Positions 37,034 through 49,942 of a DNA stretch of 64,000 nt are shown here, piece after piece. Every line of letters starts with the position of its first letter. Within the stretch, counting starts at the first letter, position 1. This DNA is from Octopus sinensis (lineage: Eukaryota), in NCBI RefSeq assembly GCF_006345805.1, contig NC_042997.1, forward strand, positions 108,314,001 through 108,378,000. Direction: 5' to 3'. The notes under the pieces were generated by a model. It saw nothing but the letters and a program-made list of their open reading frames with translations, did no database searches and had not been told where the DNA came from. Both the position numbers and the translations under genes were made by a program.

Positions 37034-37070
37034 CTAAAATTTTCGTTGCGTCTTGCAACCTTTTCAATAG
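37034..37070 (-). ncRNA. Candidate minimal type I hammerhead with U3-A8 compensatory core
   Basis: Minus strand CTA-TTGAAAA-G-GTTGC-AAGAC-GCAAC-GAAA-AT-TT-TAG. Confidence 0.45.
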
Positions 37071-37096
37071 TCTTATTTCATTGTTTATATTTTTAG

Positions 37097-37216
37097 GAAG
37101 ATACAGTAGAATCAACCTAAACCTTCCGAAGAACATGTTGAAAAGAAAGAATTACCTGGACTTCATCAAAGACTGTCCGTTGACAGAAGTTGGCAAATTA
37201 CAAGCACGTCTTACTG
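37097..37216 (+). CDS. UBASH3: UBASH3-like exon (GRYSRINLNLPKNMLKRKNYLDFIKDCPLTEVGKLQARLT)
   Basis: Acceptor tttttag|, donor ACTG|gtaagg; GRYxRxNLNxP and DxPLTxxGxxQAxL family motifs. Confidence 0.93.
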
Positions 37217-39409
37217 GTAAGGACACAGATTTACCTACAAAAAAAACCCCTTCTTTTACAATCAAATACAATTTCTCTGCTCTTTTATTATTTCATTAAA
37301 GATATTTAATATTCTAACACATTGATATTATTTTTGAACTGAGAAAGATTTGGGTTTCAATGAGATTTTTCATGTGAACCAATCTGATAGGATTTGGTGG
37401 CAGTGGGGTTACTGTTAATTTTTGGGGAGGTTTTTTACTTTATAAATTTTTTTTTATGTAATCAATGTATGCAAGTTGAAGATACTGCAGTAGACTAATT
37501 TGAATAAGTGGCCTTCATTATTATTATTATTATTATCATTATTATAATCAGATAGAACACTTCTTGAGACATCTCTTTTCCTTGTTTCAGTCAATAGACT
37601 GCAGCCATGCTGTAGCATCACCTTGTAGGGGTTTTAATCAAATGAATCAACTTCTTTTTTTTAAAAGCTTTTTACTTGTAGCATCTCTTTTGCTAAACCA
37701 CTATATTATGGGGACATAAACACACCAACACTGGTTGTAAAGTGGTGGTGGGGTGGGGGATAAACACAGACACACACTCATATATAACAGGTTTCTTTCA
37801 GTTTCCATCAACCAAATCCACTCTCAAAGCTTTGGTTGGCCCGAGGCTATAAGAGAAGATACTTGCCCAAGGTACCATGCAGTGGGACTGAATCCAGAAC
37901 CATATGGCTGGGAAGCAAACTTCTTACCACACAGTCACCTCTCTGCCCATCTCAGCACATAAATTTACCAGCCTTACAGAGTTTTGTATTCAGTACTCAA
38001 TGTGTGTGTGTATGAGAGAGAGAGAGAGAAAGTGAGATGCTTGTGTAAAAACTCCTGAAGAGCATTGCTTAAAATAATGTGAAGCCATTTATGAAACTCC
38101 TGAGAATTAAATCAATGTAAACAAAACTTGTAGAGAATAAGTTACAAAGAAACTGAGAAAGGAATTGAGGATGACATTTGATCTTTTTGTTGTATCATCA
38201 ATGTTTTATGAAGTCTTTCTCTTGCAAATTGTCATTAAGTAAATCTTCATCAAATTTTTTTATAATTAATATTTCTTGGGGAAAATTTGTCTGCTCCAAA
38301 TGGAACAGCTTTTAAACGAGACGTTTTTACTGAGCTGAAATGAATTTAAAGAAAAACTCATCTTCTGAAAATAACGAAAATTAGCCAAATTTTGTCGCCT
38401 CAGAATTGATACTAGTTTGTATCTAATTACCTCCCCTCTTTCAATGAATATTGTTTATTACCTCCTCTTGATTCTTCGCCAACTTCTTTTGAGGGTTCCC
38501 TGACGAGCTGAAAGAAGGGAGACAAATTAAGCAGAACCTGTGTGTTTTTGTAAAATTTATCTGTTAATTGTTAGAGTGTTGTCAACAGAGGGTTAATATA
38601 TGTAAAGTGCCAATCTATTACAAACTCTAAACCACAGGCAAAGGGTCTCTTTTTTCTGCTTTTTCATTGTTACAGCAACAGCCTTTATTCCTTGGTAACT
38701 GCCTCATCTTGTGTCCCTTTCATTCACATACTCCCAACCCATCTTACCCCGTCTCATCATCTATACTGTGCCAGGCTCCACCACACAGACACACTCATAT
38801 ACCAGGTCTCGCATCAACCTCTAGACATCAACTTACTAGAATTCACTCTGTGCATGCGTTTTGTTTGTTTTGTTTTGTTTTTCTCTCTGCTAGTGTTCAA
38901 TAAGAACATTGATGACCACAGCATCACCACTCTTTACGAGAACACAGAGGAACACATTTCCTGCCCCCAGGAAAAAAGAGATTTCCTTAGGAACATTATC
39001 AACTACACACACACACATTGTCTATGTTTTGTTTGTTCACTGCTGTATAACACTTAAGGGACGACTCCCTCAATTACGCTGAGTGTTAAAATACCTGAAA
39101 GTCATTGAGAGGTGAGACAACTCATTTCTGATTGAATTTTGCTATTTTTATGGCTTAGCAACATCACATGCCTGAATCGAACCAGGGACGACCCAAATCA
39201 CCAGTCTCTGACTATATACAAATAAGATAAGAACTATTTGCTGGTGTGCCATGGTGATGCACATGCATAAGATTTGTTTCAGGAACGTGATGTTGATAAG
39301 CCACAAAACTGGTGAGATATTGATATGCATCATCCTTGAATTTCATCACAGGTGAGTTGTCTCACCTGTGTATGATTTTATACAGCAATGAATCATCAAA
39401 CAAACAAAG

Positions 39410-39990
39410 CCCAGAGCATCATCCGTCTGGAACCCCTATCTTGCCCAGGATACTAATCGTCTGGAAACTGTTCAGCGAAGTGCAACCAAAAGAATACCCT
39501 CCATTAGGCATTTGCCATATTCTGAACGCCTTACTTCCCTGGGCATGGACACATTGAAACTCTGACATATGGCAGCTGACTTGGCAGATACCCATAAAAT
39601 TATTAACCATCTTACAAACAATAACTCTGAGCACATTTTCAAACTCCACCTGTCTAACACCTGTGGACATGTTTACAAAGTCAGAAAACAGCACAGCTCC
39701 CATGACATTCGGACACATTTTTTTTGCGCTAAGAGTTGCTGAAGCATGGAACAAACTGCCGGCATCAGTTGTTAGTTGTCAGAGCACTGCATCCTTCAAA
39801 ACTTCCATACTTCCTGAGATTCACCAACACTACACCTGATTTTCTTCCCTCCATACACACGCAAGCATGTATCTGACTCATACACTGTTCACTTCCCAGA
39901 CATTTGTACATTACTGCATATGCTTTATACGCACTTTTTGGCAATTTGTGATGCACCTGAGCACTGTATACAATAATTTCATTATTATTA
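39410..39990 (+). mobile_element. 5'-truncated, disrupted CR1-group LINE 3' end
   Basis: Homologous to about 41750-42240; ends GCACCTGAGCACTGTATACAATAATTTC(ATT)n; in-frame stop and frameshifts. Confidence 0.9.
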
Positions 39991-40462
39991 TTGTTGATGA
40001 TGATGATTATTATTATTATTTCATTTGCAGCCAATAATAATTCTGTTTTTGATTCAGTGTTGAATTTCTAAAGAACATTTTCAGATTAGTTTTGGCCTTT
40101 TTTTTAGTAATTCTTTAATGACTTTAATGATTCTTGTTCATCTTGAATGGAATAAATCTTGGTTATTTCATTCCAAATGTGTAAAATAATGAGTTGGGAC
40201 TATTTTGATCAGAGAGAAAAAAAAATTGGTGGAAGAAAATTTTAAATAAAAAATTTATCAAGAAAAATGTTTTAAATGTCTGAAATAAATTGTTATTTAT
40301 ACACTTTATGTTTAGTGTGTATATTTACAACACACAATATATATATTATACTGTATTATGTGAAGGCACATGGCCTAGTGATGAGGGTGTTATAATCATT
40401 AGATTGTGGGTTCAATTCCCAGACCAAGCAGCATGTATTTCTTGAGCAAAACACTTCATTTC

Positions 40463-42245
40463 TGGAAATATGTGCATTCAAAGCAGAGACCTCACTCTCC
40501 AGTGGGCCCTCTTCGCAACCCTCACACGAACCAGATCACTGACGACCCCAAGGAATGCGCAGAACTCATTGCCGAGTGCTATGCAAACATATTCACTGTC
40601 GAAAGTCAAAATGTACCATCTTCACCATCACTAACAGCAAACTCCATAACAACTATGGAATTTACACCTGCAATGCTGCGACATCACCTTCAAAATAAGC
40701 GCAACTATGCCTCCCCTGGTCTCGATGGAGTTACATACCTGCTTCTCAAACGTGGCAGGCACTTCCTTTTACACCAGCTTTCTATTTTCTTCCAGTACTG
40801 TCTCAACAATGGTGCTACTCCGGAGCAGTGGAAAACTGCCAGTGTCATTCCTCTGTTCAAAAAGGGTGACCGCACATCACCTGTCAACTATCGCCCAGTC
40901 AGTCTCACTAGCTGTATTGCAAAACTGATGGAATCGTGTGTCAGAGAAACACTCTGGAACTTCTGGAGCTCTCACAGTCTCATCCGACCCTCACAATATG
41001 GATTTGTCCCTAACTCCAGCTGCAGTGACCAGCTTGTCGAGTTCCTTGAGGACATTACTCAGATCACTGACAGTGGCTCATGGGTGGATGTTGTCTACCT
41101 TGACTTTGCTAAGGCTTTCAACTCTGTGCCACACAAAAGGCTTATGGTGAAACTCTCTGCAATGGGTGTGGGGGATGACCTTTTTAACTGGTTGAAATCC
41201 TTCATCCTCAGCCGAAAGGAGGTAGTCACAGTTCTAGGACAGCACTCTACACCATATGAGATGTCATCGGGTGTACCACAGGGATCTGTCCTTGGTCCCC
41301 TCCTGTTTGTGGCATACATTAATGACATAGATGCCAATTTAAAGAATGCCACAGTATTGAAATATGCAGACGACATCAAGCTGTACCTTGAAATCAAGAG
41401 GACTGATCCTGATGTCTACAACTCTTTCCTGCAATCAGACCTAGACACAATGCAGCAATGGATCACAGACTGGCAACTGAAACTGGCTGTGGACAAGTGT
41501 ACCACCATGCATTTTGGGAGAAAAAACCCTGCGTCCACATACTCCCTCCACAACACTGATATCAAGAAATCCTCTTGCGAGCGTGACCTAGGTATCACTG
41601 TCAGCAGTGATTTGCGTTGGACAAAGCATATCTCTAAAATTGTCAAGAAGGCCGAGGGTGTCTTGGCATCACTCAGCAAGACTTTTGTTAGCCGCTCTCC
41701 AGCCATCTATTTAAAACTGTATACAGCTATGGTACGACCACACTTGGAATTTGCATCATCAGTTTGGAATCCCTATCTTGCTCAGAACATTGACCTCCTG
41801 GAATCTGTCCAGAGACGTGCAACCAAACGCATACCCTCCATCAGACACCTACCATATTCTGAGTGCCTTGTTTCCCTGGGCATGGATTCACTGAAGCTCC
41901 GGCGTCTAGCGACGGACTTGGTAAACACCCACAAGGTTATCAACCACCTCACCAACAACAACACTGAACACCTTTTTGATCTCCATGTGTCTAACACACG
42001 TGGACATGCCTACAAAGTCAGAAAACAACACAGCTCCCATGACTTTCGGAAACATTTTTTCACGCTCAGGGTTGCTGAAGCGTGGAATAAACTGCCTGCG
42101 TCAGTTGTTGACTGCCATGACACTGCATCCTTTAAGGCCCTCATGCTTTCCGAAATCCGCCGAAACTACACCTGATTATATATACACTTTAGATGAGTTG
42201 TAGTGCACCTGAGCACTGTACACAATTATTATTATTATTATTATT
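40463..42245 (+). mobile_element. 5'-truncated CR1-group LINE with uninterrupted RT reading frame (to TGA at 42175)
   Basis: NYRPVSLTS, QYGF, YLDFAKAFNSV, SGVPQGSVLGPLLF, KYADD, RDLGI and TRGH..K...FF..RV..WN.LP motifs; (ATT)n tail; no endonuclease domain. Confidence 0.95.
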
Positions 42246-43172
42246 TCGCATTGCTCCAGTTCACTCAGTTGTAAACTGTAAAAAATAACCTTCCAATCAG
42301 GGAGGTGTTGGCCTGCATGCATAGTCAGCCGGATGCCATCATTCAAAAGCTAAAACAATGTAAAGTGCACTGTGAGCAGTGATGTATGACAATATCCAAT
42401 AGTCTGGTCAATCACATGAGCACATGATGTTGTATTCTATCCTCATATCAGCCACTTTACCTATTTGTTTTTATACCAGGAGTTGAGATATCCCAGCAAT
42501 CACCAGAAACAACTGAAAGGAACAGCCCCAAACTCTGCCCTACAAATATATATCTCCCCATGCGCTGTGGTTGTCATTTTTGGTCCCAACCAAAAGGAAA
42601 TAACTCCAATGAACTGAAAATAAATTTTTTCTGCTTAAGTTTTTCACTTGATACTTTCTAACCACCCATAGTGAAGAACCCATGTCAGACTATTCCTTTC
42701 AGCCTTTTTTTCTGATGATTGCTGGATTTATCTCAAATCCTGGTATGAAACCAAGTGGCAAATTGGTTGATATCAAAGATCAAAATATTTATTTATACCA
42801 TATCCACCAATATATGAGTGCCTGTTTTTTTTGTAACTCATTGATTTTTAGACAACTTTGTGTGTGTACCTCATATATAGTGTGTATATTTATATAGCAG
42901 CCAGATAAGGGGAAGTGGTTTTATGTTTTTACCAGTTTCTAGTACTCCCCTCACTCTGTTATTAGAGTTTGTAGATAATTGTAATGATATTTTAAATATT
43001 TAATCAATTATCAGGCGGACCCAAAGCTTCTAAGCTATGATATCAGTGTGAAAATACCAAAATCTGTTAGGAACATCAACTTGCTCTACCGTTCTATGCT
43101 GATGTTGATGTAAATGTAAATGTTGTAAATAGAAAACACTCTAGACACGAGGTTGAAGTTATGTATGTATCT

Positions 43173-43222
<50 letters not shown>

Positions 43223-44057
43223 AAGAGAGAGAGAAATATCAACAAGAATGAATTGTCAATTCAGTTTATCTTATTTGTTACATACCAAAAGAGAAAAAAA
43301 AAAAGACCTCTTCCAATCTTGTTGGTAGAATAATGCTGTAATAAGATGAGAGCACATGGTTTGTGAATATAGATTTAAGACAGAACAAAATTCAGCAAAG
43401 AATATAACAGTTGTTAATTTATATTAATCAAGGTGTAATGTGTTTTTGAGATATATTTTGTGTTTTCTCAAAGTCACTTGAATAAAGAAATTGTATCAAG
43501 ATGTATACAAAGAGATAAGTGGAAGCAGAAGTCTTGTTCTTATTCAACTGACAGAAGTGACTTGATCAAAATAATGTCACGTTTGGAGAGTACGGTTGGC
43601 AAAAAAAAGAGACTGAGAAGAAACAGTTTAACTAAAGCTGTTGGTCATAACTAAGAGATTAGTTGCAGTGTTTAAATGTAGCACAATCTCTGCTACAATA
43701 TAACTGATCTCTGTTATAACTAATCTCTATGAAATTGGCCAACATTAAGGCCTTGTACCTGTAAACTCCTTTTCCACTTCTCTATTCCCTATATATTCTG
43801 TTTCTAGCCTCAGACCAGGCCACAATGGTGTCCAGTGTTTGTGTTTCAAGTTACATATTGTCCCTTCAATGTTTCCAACTTGAAAACTGAAGATGTTTGG
43901 GTTTTTAGTTTATCTCCCTGTTTAAAATAATTCATCTGAAATAAGTTTTTTTTCCTTTTCTTTTTTCTTTTTGTTTTGACAAGGGGGAGATAAATCAGTG
44001 TAAATTATGTATTTTTTATTCTGTTTAATTTTGTTGTTTTTTTTTCTTGTGTTGTAG

Positions 44058-44150
44058 GTGAAGGTTTACGAGATGCTTCAGTGAACTTGTCTCATTTGTA
44101 TGTCTCTCCAGCTCTACGATGTATTCAAACAGCTCATGAAATTGTTACAG
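44058..44150 (+). CDS. UBASH3: UBASH3-like exon (GEGLRDASVNLSHLYVSPALRCIQTAHEIVT)
   Basis: Acceptor gttgtag|, donor ACAG|gtatct; SPxLRCxQTA motif. Confidence 0.93.
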
Positions 44151-44541
44151 GTATCTAGAATTGATTTCGTTTTATTTTAGTTTAGCTTATTTAAAATTAA
44201 AATCAAATTAATATCATCTAATTTGTTAATCCTCTTACTATTTGAATCGAGAGACTGGCTAAAACCAAATGCAGCTTTGTTTTTAGCAGTCTGCTTCAAA
44301 TGTAAGCTGCCAAAGTATTTAAGGTTTTACATGGACGAGGATTTGGGAGATGTAGAATGGTGGCCTCCACATAATCCTGTTGTTGATGCTAATGGTTTGT
44401 GGAAATTTTGCATTGGTAAACATAAATACAGGAACAAATTTTGCTTAGTGAGGTGCAACCCAAGGTTCGAAATTTTTTATTAACGAGGTTGATTTTTTTC
44501 AGTCATAATATCAAAAGAAATATAGGTATAGTTATATTAAC

Positions 44542-44572
<31 letters not shown>

Positions 44573-44810
44573 GAGTGAGAGAGCAGTGCATGCCATCAAA
44601 GTGACACTGGGGTAAAATATACGAAGCCCAGTATATCCATCATGACTACCTGTCTGATAAGGGTACACCAGGCACATGCATCACAACCATATGTGCACGA
44701 CATAGTGATCTCATATCAAGATAAACAGTACATGACCTTGCAGGTGGGGCCCAGCTAGAATTTTATTCTGGTCGAGTAACCCATCCCACTCAAAAGGTCC
44801 CTGAATAAGG
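44573..44810. mobile_element. Second copy of the (TAA)n-embedded family
   Basis: Reverse complement of about 18395-18634. Confidence 0.75.
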
Positions 44811-44814
44811 GACC

Positions 44815-44848
<34 letters not shown>

Positions 44849-45915
44849 TAGGTGGCAAGCTGGCAGAATCATTAGCACACTGGACAAAATGCTTAGTAGT
44901 ATTTTGCCCATCACTATGTTCTGAGTTCAAATTCCACCAAGGTCGACTTTGCCTTTCATTCTTTCTGGGCCGATGAATTAAGTACCAGTGAAACACTGTG
45001 GGGGTCAATGTAATTAACTTCTCCCCCTCCCCAAAAATTTCAGACCCTTTGTCTATAGTAGACAGGATTATTATTATTATCATAATTATTATATTTGAAC
45101 CTCAATCAAACCAGATACATCCAATAATGGAAACATAATGTATCAGAACAGCTCAAGCATGTTTCTACACCCATTCATTTTGGCAAGGTGGATATTCAAA
45201 GCATTTTCATTGCCCTACCCAAAATTTTAAGGGCTATGCCTGCACCCAAACCAATGGTGATGTACTATGATTTCACAAATTGTAGGTTTTTGATGTGTTT
45301 TCTGTTTTTTACATGACTTTATTCCCATTGCAGCAGAATCTAACAAAGTGTGATAGAAAATGTTTGAAAGTTGGAAGTTTGGACAAGAGTTTAAAGATCC
45401 CTACAGCTAAAAAGGAGTGTAGAACATATGGAGTAGGTGGGGCTGGGCCAAGAATATCCTCAATGCTGGAACTTTTAAAAGTTATGCTTCATGAAGGAGA
45501 CCAGTGCAGTTGTTGCTACATGTCTGGCATCGATCAGCAGCCAACAGATTCTATATCCAAAATATTGGTGCCAGGAGGTTTCTTGATCTCTCTCTCTCTC
45601 TCTTTCGACAACTCAATTAGAATTATTGAGTTGTGAGAGCTGAAGTTCCAAAGACCCAGTCTTCAGTGACAGTGATAATAAAATAAATAGAGCTTATCTA
45701 GGCTATGAATCTGCATTGCATTTAGTTGGTCTGAGCAGAGTTATTTCCCTTAGTCAATCCATTTTAATGTTTGTGAATGTTTTTCAAAGAATATTAACTT
45801 TCATTTTATTTTCCTTTATTTGGAAAGAGAAAATTCCAAGCAATTAGAAACACTATCGTATACAAGATACTATTTTTGTATCTATTGGCATTTCTTTTAA
45901 AATAAAACAAAATTT

Positions 45916-46383
45916 ACATTATTTACATTTGACGGATATTTGTCCTCATCTCCACAGCCTTCATCAGGTGTCTTGGGGAAATTTCGAACCTGGGTTCTCA
46001 TTCCTAAGGTGTTATTCGATGTTGTTGTTGTTGTTATTACTATTATTATTATTATTATTATTATTGTGGAGGCGCGTGGCTTAGTGGTTAGTGTGTCAGC
46101 ATCATGATCGTAAGATTGTGGTTTCGATTCCTGGACCGGGCTACGTTGTGTTCTTGAGCAAAACGCTTCATTTCACATTGCTCCAGTCCACTCAGCTGGC
46201 AAAAATGAGTAATGCTGCAATGGACTGGCGTCCCATCCAGCTGGGGAACACATACGCCATTGAAACCGGGAAACCGGGCCTGGCTAGGCTTTAAAAGGGC
46301 GCAAAAATAAAAATTATTATTTTTATCATTATTTTTATCATTATTATTATTATAATTATTATTATTATTCAGGTCACTGCCTG
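45916..46383 (-). mobile_element. Hammerhead-tail element, copy 2 (internally deleted), with a family D SINE inserted in its (ATT)n linker
   Basis: Tail 45916-46025 (minus GACAC-CTGATGA-AGGCTG then deletion); head remnant TTCAGGTCACTGCCTG at 46368-46383. Confidence 0.8.
46066..46300 (+). mobile_element. tRNA-headed SINE family D with V-domain-like ATGGACTGGCGTCCCATCCAG
   Basis: A box TGGCTTAGTGG, B box GGTTTCGATTCC. Confidence 0.8.
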
Positions 46384-47937
46384 AACTGTATTAAAGTAAA
46401 ATTTGTTTTAGGAAAAAATTATTGTGGGAATGGATTTGTGGAGCCTTGTGCAGCCTTCTGGCTTCCCTGATCCCTGGTCGAACCGTCCAACCCATGCTAG
46501 CATGGAGAACGGACGTTAAACGATGATGATGATGTTCTGTGATGTGAAGCCATGTATCATGGCAACCAAAGTTTTGTTCAGTCTGAGAGGAGAATTATTT
46601 TAATAAACGAAAACACAGTCACAGACATTTCATCTCTGTTGTAATGGAATTATATCAGCGATTGGGTCACTTTCGTGGAATGAAAATATCCACACTCCAA
46701 CAAATAAAAGTAATTTATCAGTTTTTGTTGGGGTCATGGCTAGAAGGGTTCCTCTTTGATGAAATTGCATGAAAAGATTCATTTGGAATCTTTTCATCAA
46801 ATTAAAATCTTCATTTCTATTTACACTGGAATTTATTAGTTGAACTAAATATTAGTTTCAAATTTTTGCACAAGGCCAGCAATTTTGAGGCAGGGGCAAG
46901 TCAGTTATTTCAATCTCTAATACGTGACTAGTATTTATTTTATTGACACCCCCACCCAAGGATGAAAGTGGAAATCAGCCTCAGTGGAATTAGAACTTGG
47001 AAGGATTCTGCCACATTATTCTTCAACTAAATATCAACAGCAGTCACAATTTTCAGGGTCTTTAATAAAAAATGTTTAAGTTGTCAAAATATTTAATAAA
47101 ATGTAATAAAGTTCATGCAATGAAAATTTAGCTAGATTAAAATGATGGAAAAGTCTGTGTGTCACAAGAAATTTACTGTGCATTGATGCAATGTCACACA
47201 CACACACATCTCTGAGGAAATATCTAGAAGAAAGTATTTCTCTTGAAACAACTTCTTTCCACATCTGAAGATCTTTCCACATCCAAACGTACACAATCGT
47301 GTTTCATATAATTGTACACATATATATATAAATAATTGTAACTATTTAATTTATAATGAATTAATAATTAACTCATTATTTTTTACGTGCCACTGGCACA
47401 GGTATCACAACTTCAAATGGAAATTGTAGTTAAGATACCAGTGCCGGTGGCATGTAAAAAGCACCATCTGAACGTGGCTGATGCTAGCGCCGCCTTGACA
47501 TCCAGCTGTAGAAACCCTGCCAAAATTGGCAGGAGTTGGACAGTTTGGCAGGAGCAGGCAAGCCAGAGAGCTGCACTATGCTCCAAGGGTCTGTTTTGGT
47601 TTGGTTTCTATGGCTAGTTGTCCTTCCTAACCCCAACCACTTTCACAGAGTGTACTGGGTTCTTTTTACCAGTGCCAGCACCCACAGGGTTACCAAGTAG
47701 CTTCTAAGACAAGGACTTCTCAGCTGAGCGAGAGAGAGAGAGAGAGAGAGGAAGCAAAAGATGTGGCCAGGGTAGAGGTCGGAGTATGACGGAGGGACAG
47801 GAATAGGTGTCTTATTACAGAGGAGATACTTGAGCCCCATGGTAGGATAAGGAAAGAAAGGGAGATGGGAAAGAATAAGAGAGAGAGATGGAGGGAGGTC
47901 CTACTCGGAACATTGGTGGGGTAGTATAAGGTAGCAA

Positions 47938-48170
47938 GGTGACAAGCTGGCAGAAGCGTTAGCACGCCGGGCAAAATGCTTAGCAGTATTTCGTCTGCCG
48001 TTAGGTTCTGATTTCAAATTCCACTGAGGTCGACTTTGCCTTTCATCCTTTCAGGGTTGATTAAATAAGTACCAGTTACGCACTGGGGTTGGTATAATCG
48101 ACTTAATCCATTTGTCTGTCCTTGTTTGTCTTCTCTGTGTTTAGCCCCTTGTGGGTAGTAAAGAAATAAT
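47938..48170 (+). mobile_element. Family B SINE flanked by 95-bp direct repeats
   Basis: 47843-47937 is repeated at 48174-48268 with about 5 mismatches. Confidence 0.88.
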
Positions 48171-48352
48171 AGATAGGATAAGGAAAGAATGAGAGATGGG
48201 AAAGAATAAGAGAGAGAGATGGAGGAAGGTCCTACTTGGAACAATGGTGGGGTAGTATAAGGTAGCAAAGAGGAGATAGAAGGGATGTTCCATATTATGA
48301 ATTAATAATTTTTTTTCAGTTGATTAATTTATAATGAATTAATTTCTTGTAG

Positions 48353-48595
48353 CTCTTGGTCTGAATCTGAAAATCTGTATTGAACCCTCCTTATTCGAAT
48401 GGCTGGGCTGGTACCAGTTAGGGTTACCAATTTGGTTTACTCCCGATGAACTGATTGACCATGGTTATGCTGTGGATCGAAACTATATTTCCTATATGGT
48501 ACCCACTCAATTATACCTCGATGAAACGGTGGAGCACTTCTATTCCAGATGTGCAGATTTCACACGTTATATCCTTAAAAAACATGAACATGAAG
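48353..48595 (+). CDS. UBASH3: UBASH3-like exon (ALGLNLKICIEPSLFEWLGWYQLGLPIWFTPDELIDHGYAVDRNYISYMVPTQLYLDETVEHFYSRCADFTRYILKKHEHE)
   Basis: Acceptor ttcttgtag|, donor GAAG|gtaac; IEPxLFEW motif; symmetric phase 1. Confidence 0.93.
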
Positions 48596-49942
48596 GTAAC
48601 CATTTTGTGTTTTATTTTGATTCCATTCTTACTTTTTCTACAAGTCGTCCTGTAAGAAAGTCACATGAAAACATCCTGAATTGATTCTTATTTGGCATTT
48701 TACAAAGGTACAGCTTACCTGTAACCATCATCATCACCATCCTCATCACCTTCACTAACTTTTCCTCTTCAGTGACCAGCAGTACAGTTTCACCTGGTGT
48801 TATCATCAGCCAGTTTCTCATGTTATTCTCTTGTGGTTTATTGACCTTAACACATCACCATGGAAACAACCTTGTAGTCAAGGGCCTCATTTATATTGAA
48901 AGCCTGTTTTAGTGAGGACTTAGTTTCTATCAACAGCACAAAAACTTTGTCACAAAACACATGAAGGAAACAGTCCTCACCTTTTCTCACCTTCTTCAAC
49001 CATAGACACAACTAAAACCTTCTGTGTCTCTACAAATGCTAACCTCAAAATCTTTGATGACCCCACAGGAGTACGTGATAAAGACTGAGGATTACTTTTC
49101 CGACATCTGTATAAGGAAACTGTTTAGATATTCCCTCTGCTTCCCCTCTTATATCACTCTCTTCCATCTTCAATCAAACTTTAGATTGTGTCTATGATTT
49201 TCAAGTGTAGTTGTCTTCAATATTTTCTTGAAGACATTTTATAATCAAGATTATCAAACACATCACTGACTCAACATTTCTGTTTCAATATCGTTGTCTT
49301 TATATTGTCTTAGTTTTTCACTTCTTTCATTATAACTTGTTGTATTGTTTTATATTGAGTTCTGTCCTCTTCTGCCTCTACTCCCACTCTTCACTATACT
49401 TCTACTATCTTACATACAACCAATTCATTAGATGCAGTCACTAATAGCCTTCTAAATGAATTTTCAAAATTTGTTGGCTACCTGGATTTGTCCTGTGATA
49501 TTCCACAGTTTTTATTTCATTTGACAAAGTAATTATGGCAATATGTTCTACAAGAACAGCTTTAAGTCTCGTTTGAATCTCTTTCGCCTCTCTCCATGTG
49601 AAATATTGCCTAATTAGACACCACCCGAAATAATGAAAGAGAGAAAGGGAAGGTTGTAGTCGTTTATATTGACCCTAATACATGACAGGTATTATTGACT
49701 GTGGAAGGACAACAGACAAGGTTGATCTCCTTGAGAATCAAACTGACAATATAAAACTGCTCGAGACTATTTGTGTGGGTCTCCACCAATTCTGTCAGTC
49801 TCACCAATCTCAATGCTACTAAAGTAAAAAAAATCCTATTTTATTCACATCAATCAAAACCATTCGTCAATCAAAGTTTGATTAATACCATTTCATTATT
49901 TTCATTATTTATCTTCTGAAATCTCTTTCTTTTCTCTTTCAG

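Noticed and set aside
38495-38525. CTGACGA-GCT-GAAA hammerhead-like core
   Set aside because: No stem II and no UH or stem III after GAAA
40406-40462. GTG start of the 589-aa ORF
   Set aside because: Lies in the SINE preceding the CR1 insertion; the ORF is a truncated LINE RT, not a host gene
45334-45436. Possible cassette exon (good acceptor, GTAG|gtggg donor) in a phase-1 intron
   Set aside because: 103 nt and an early TGA in the required phase; at most a poison exon, with no evidence
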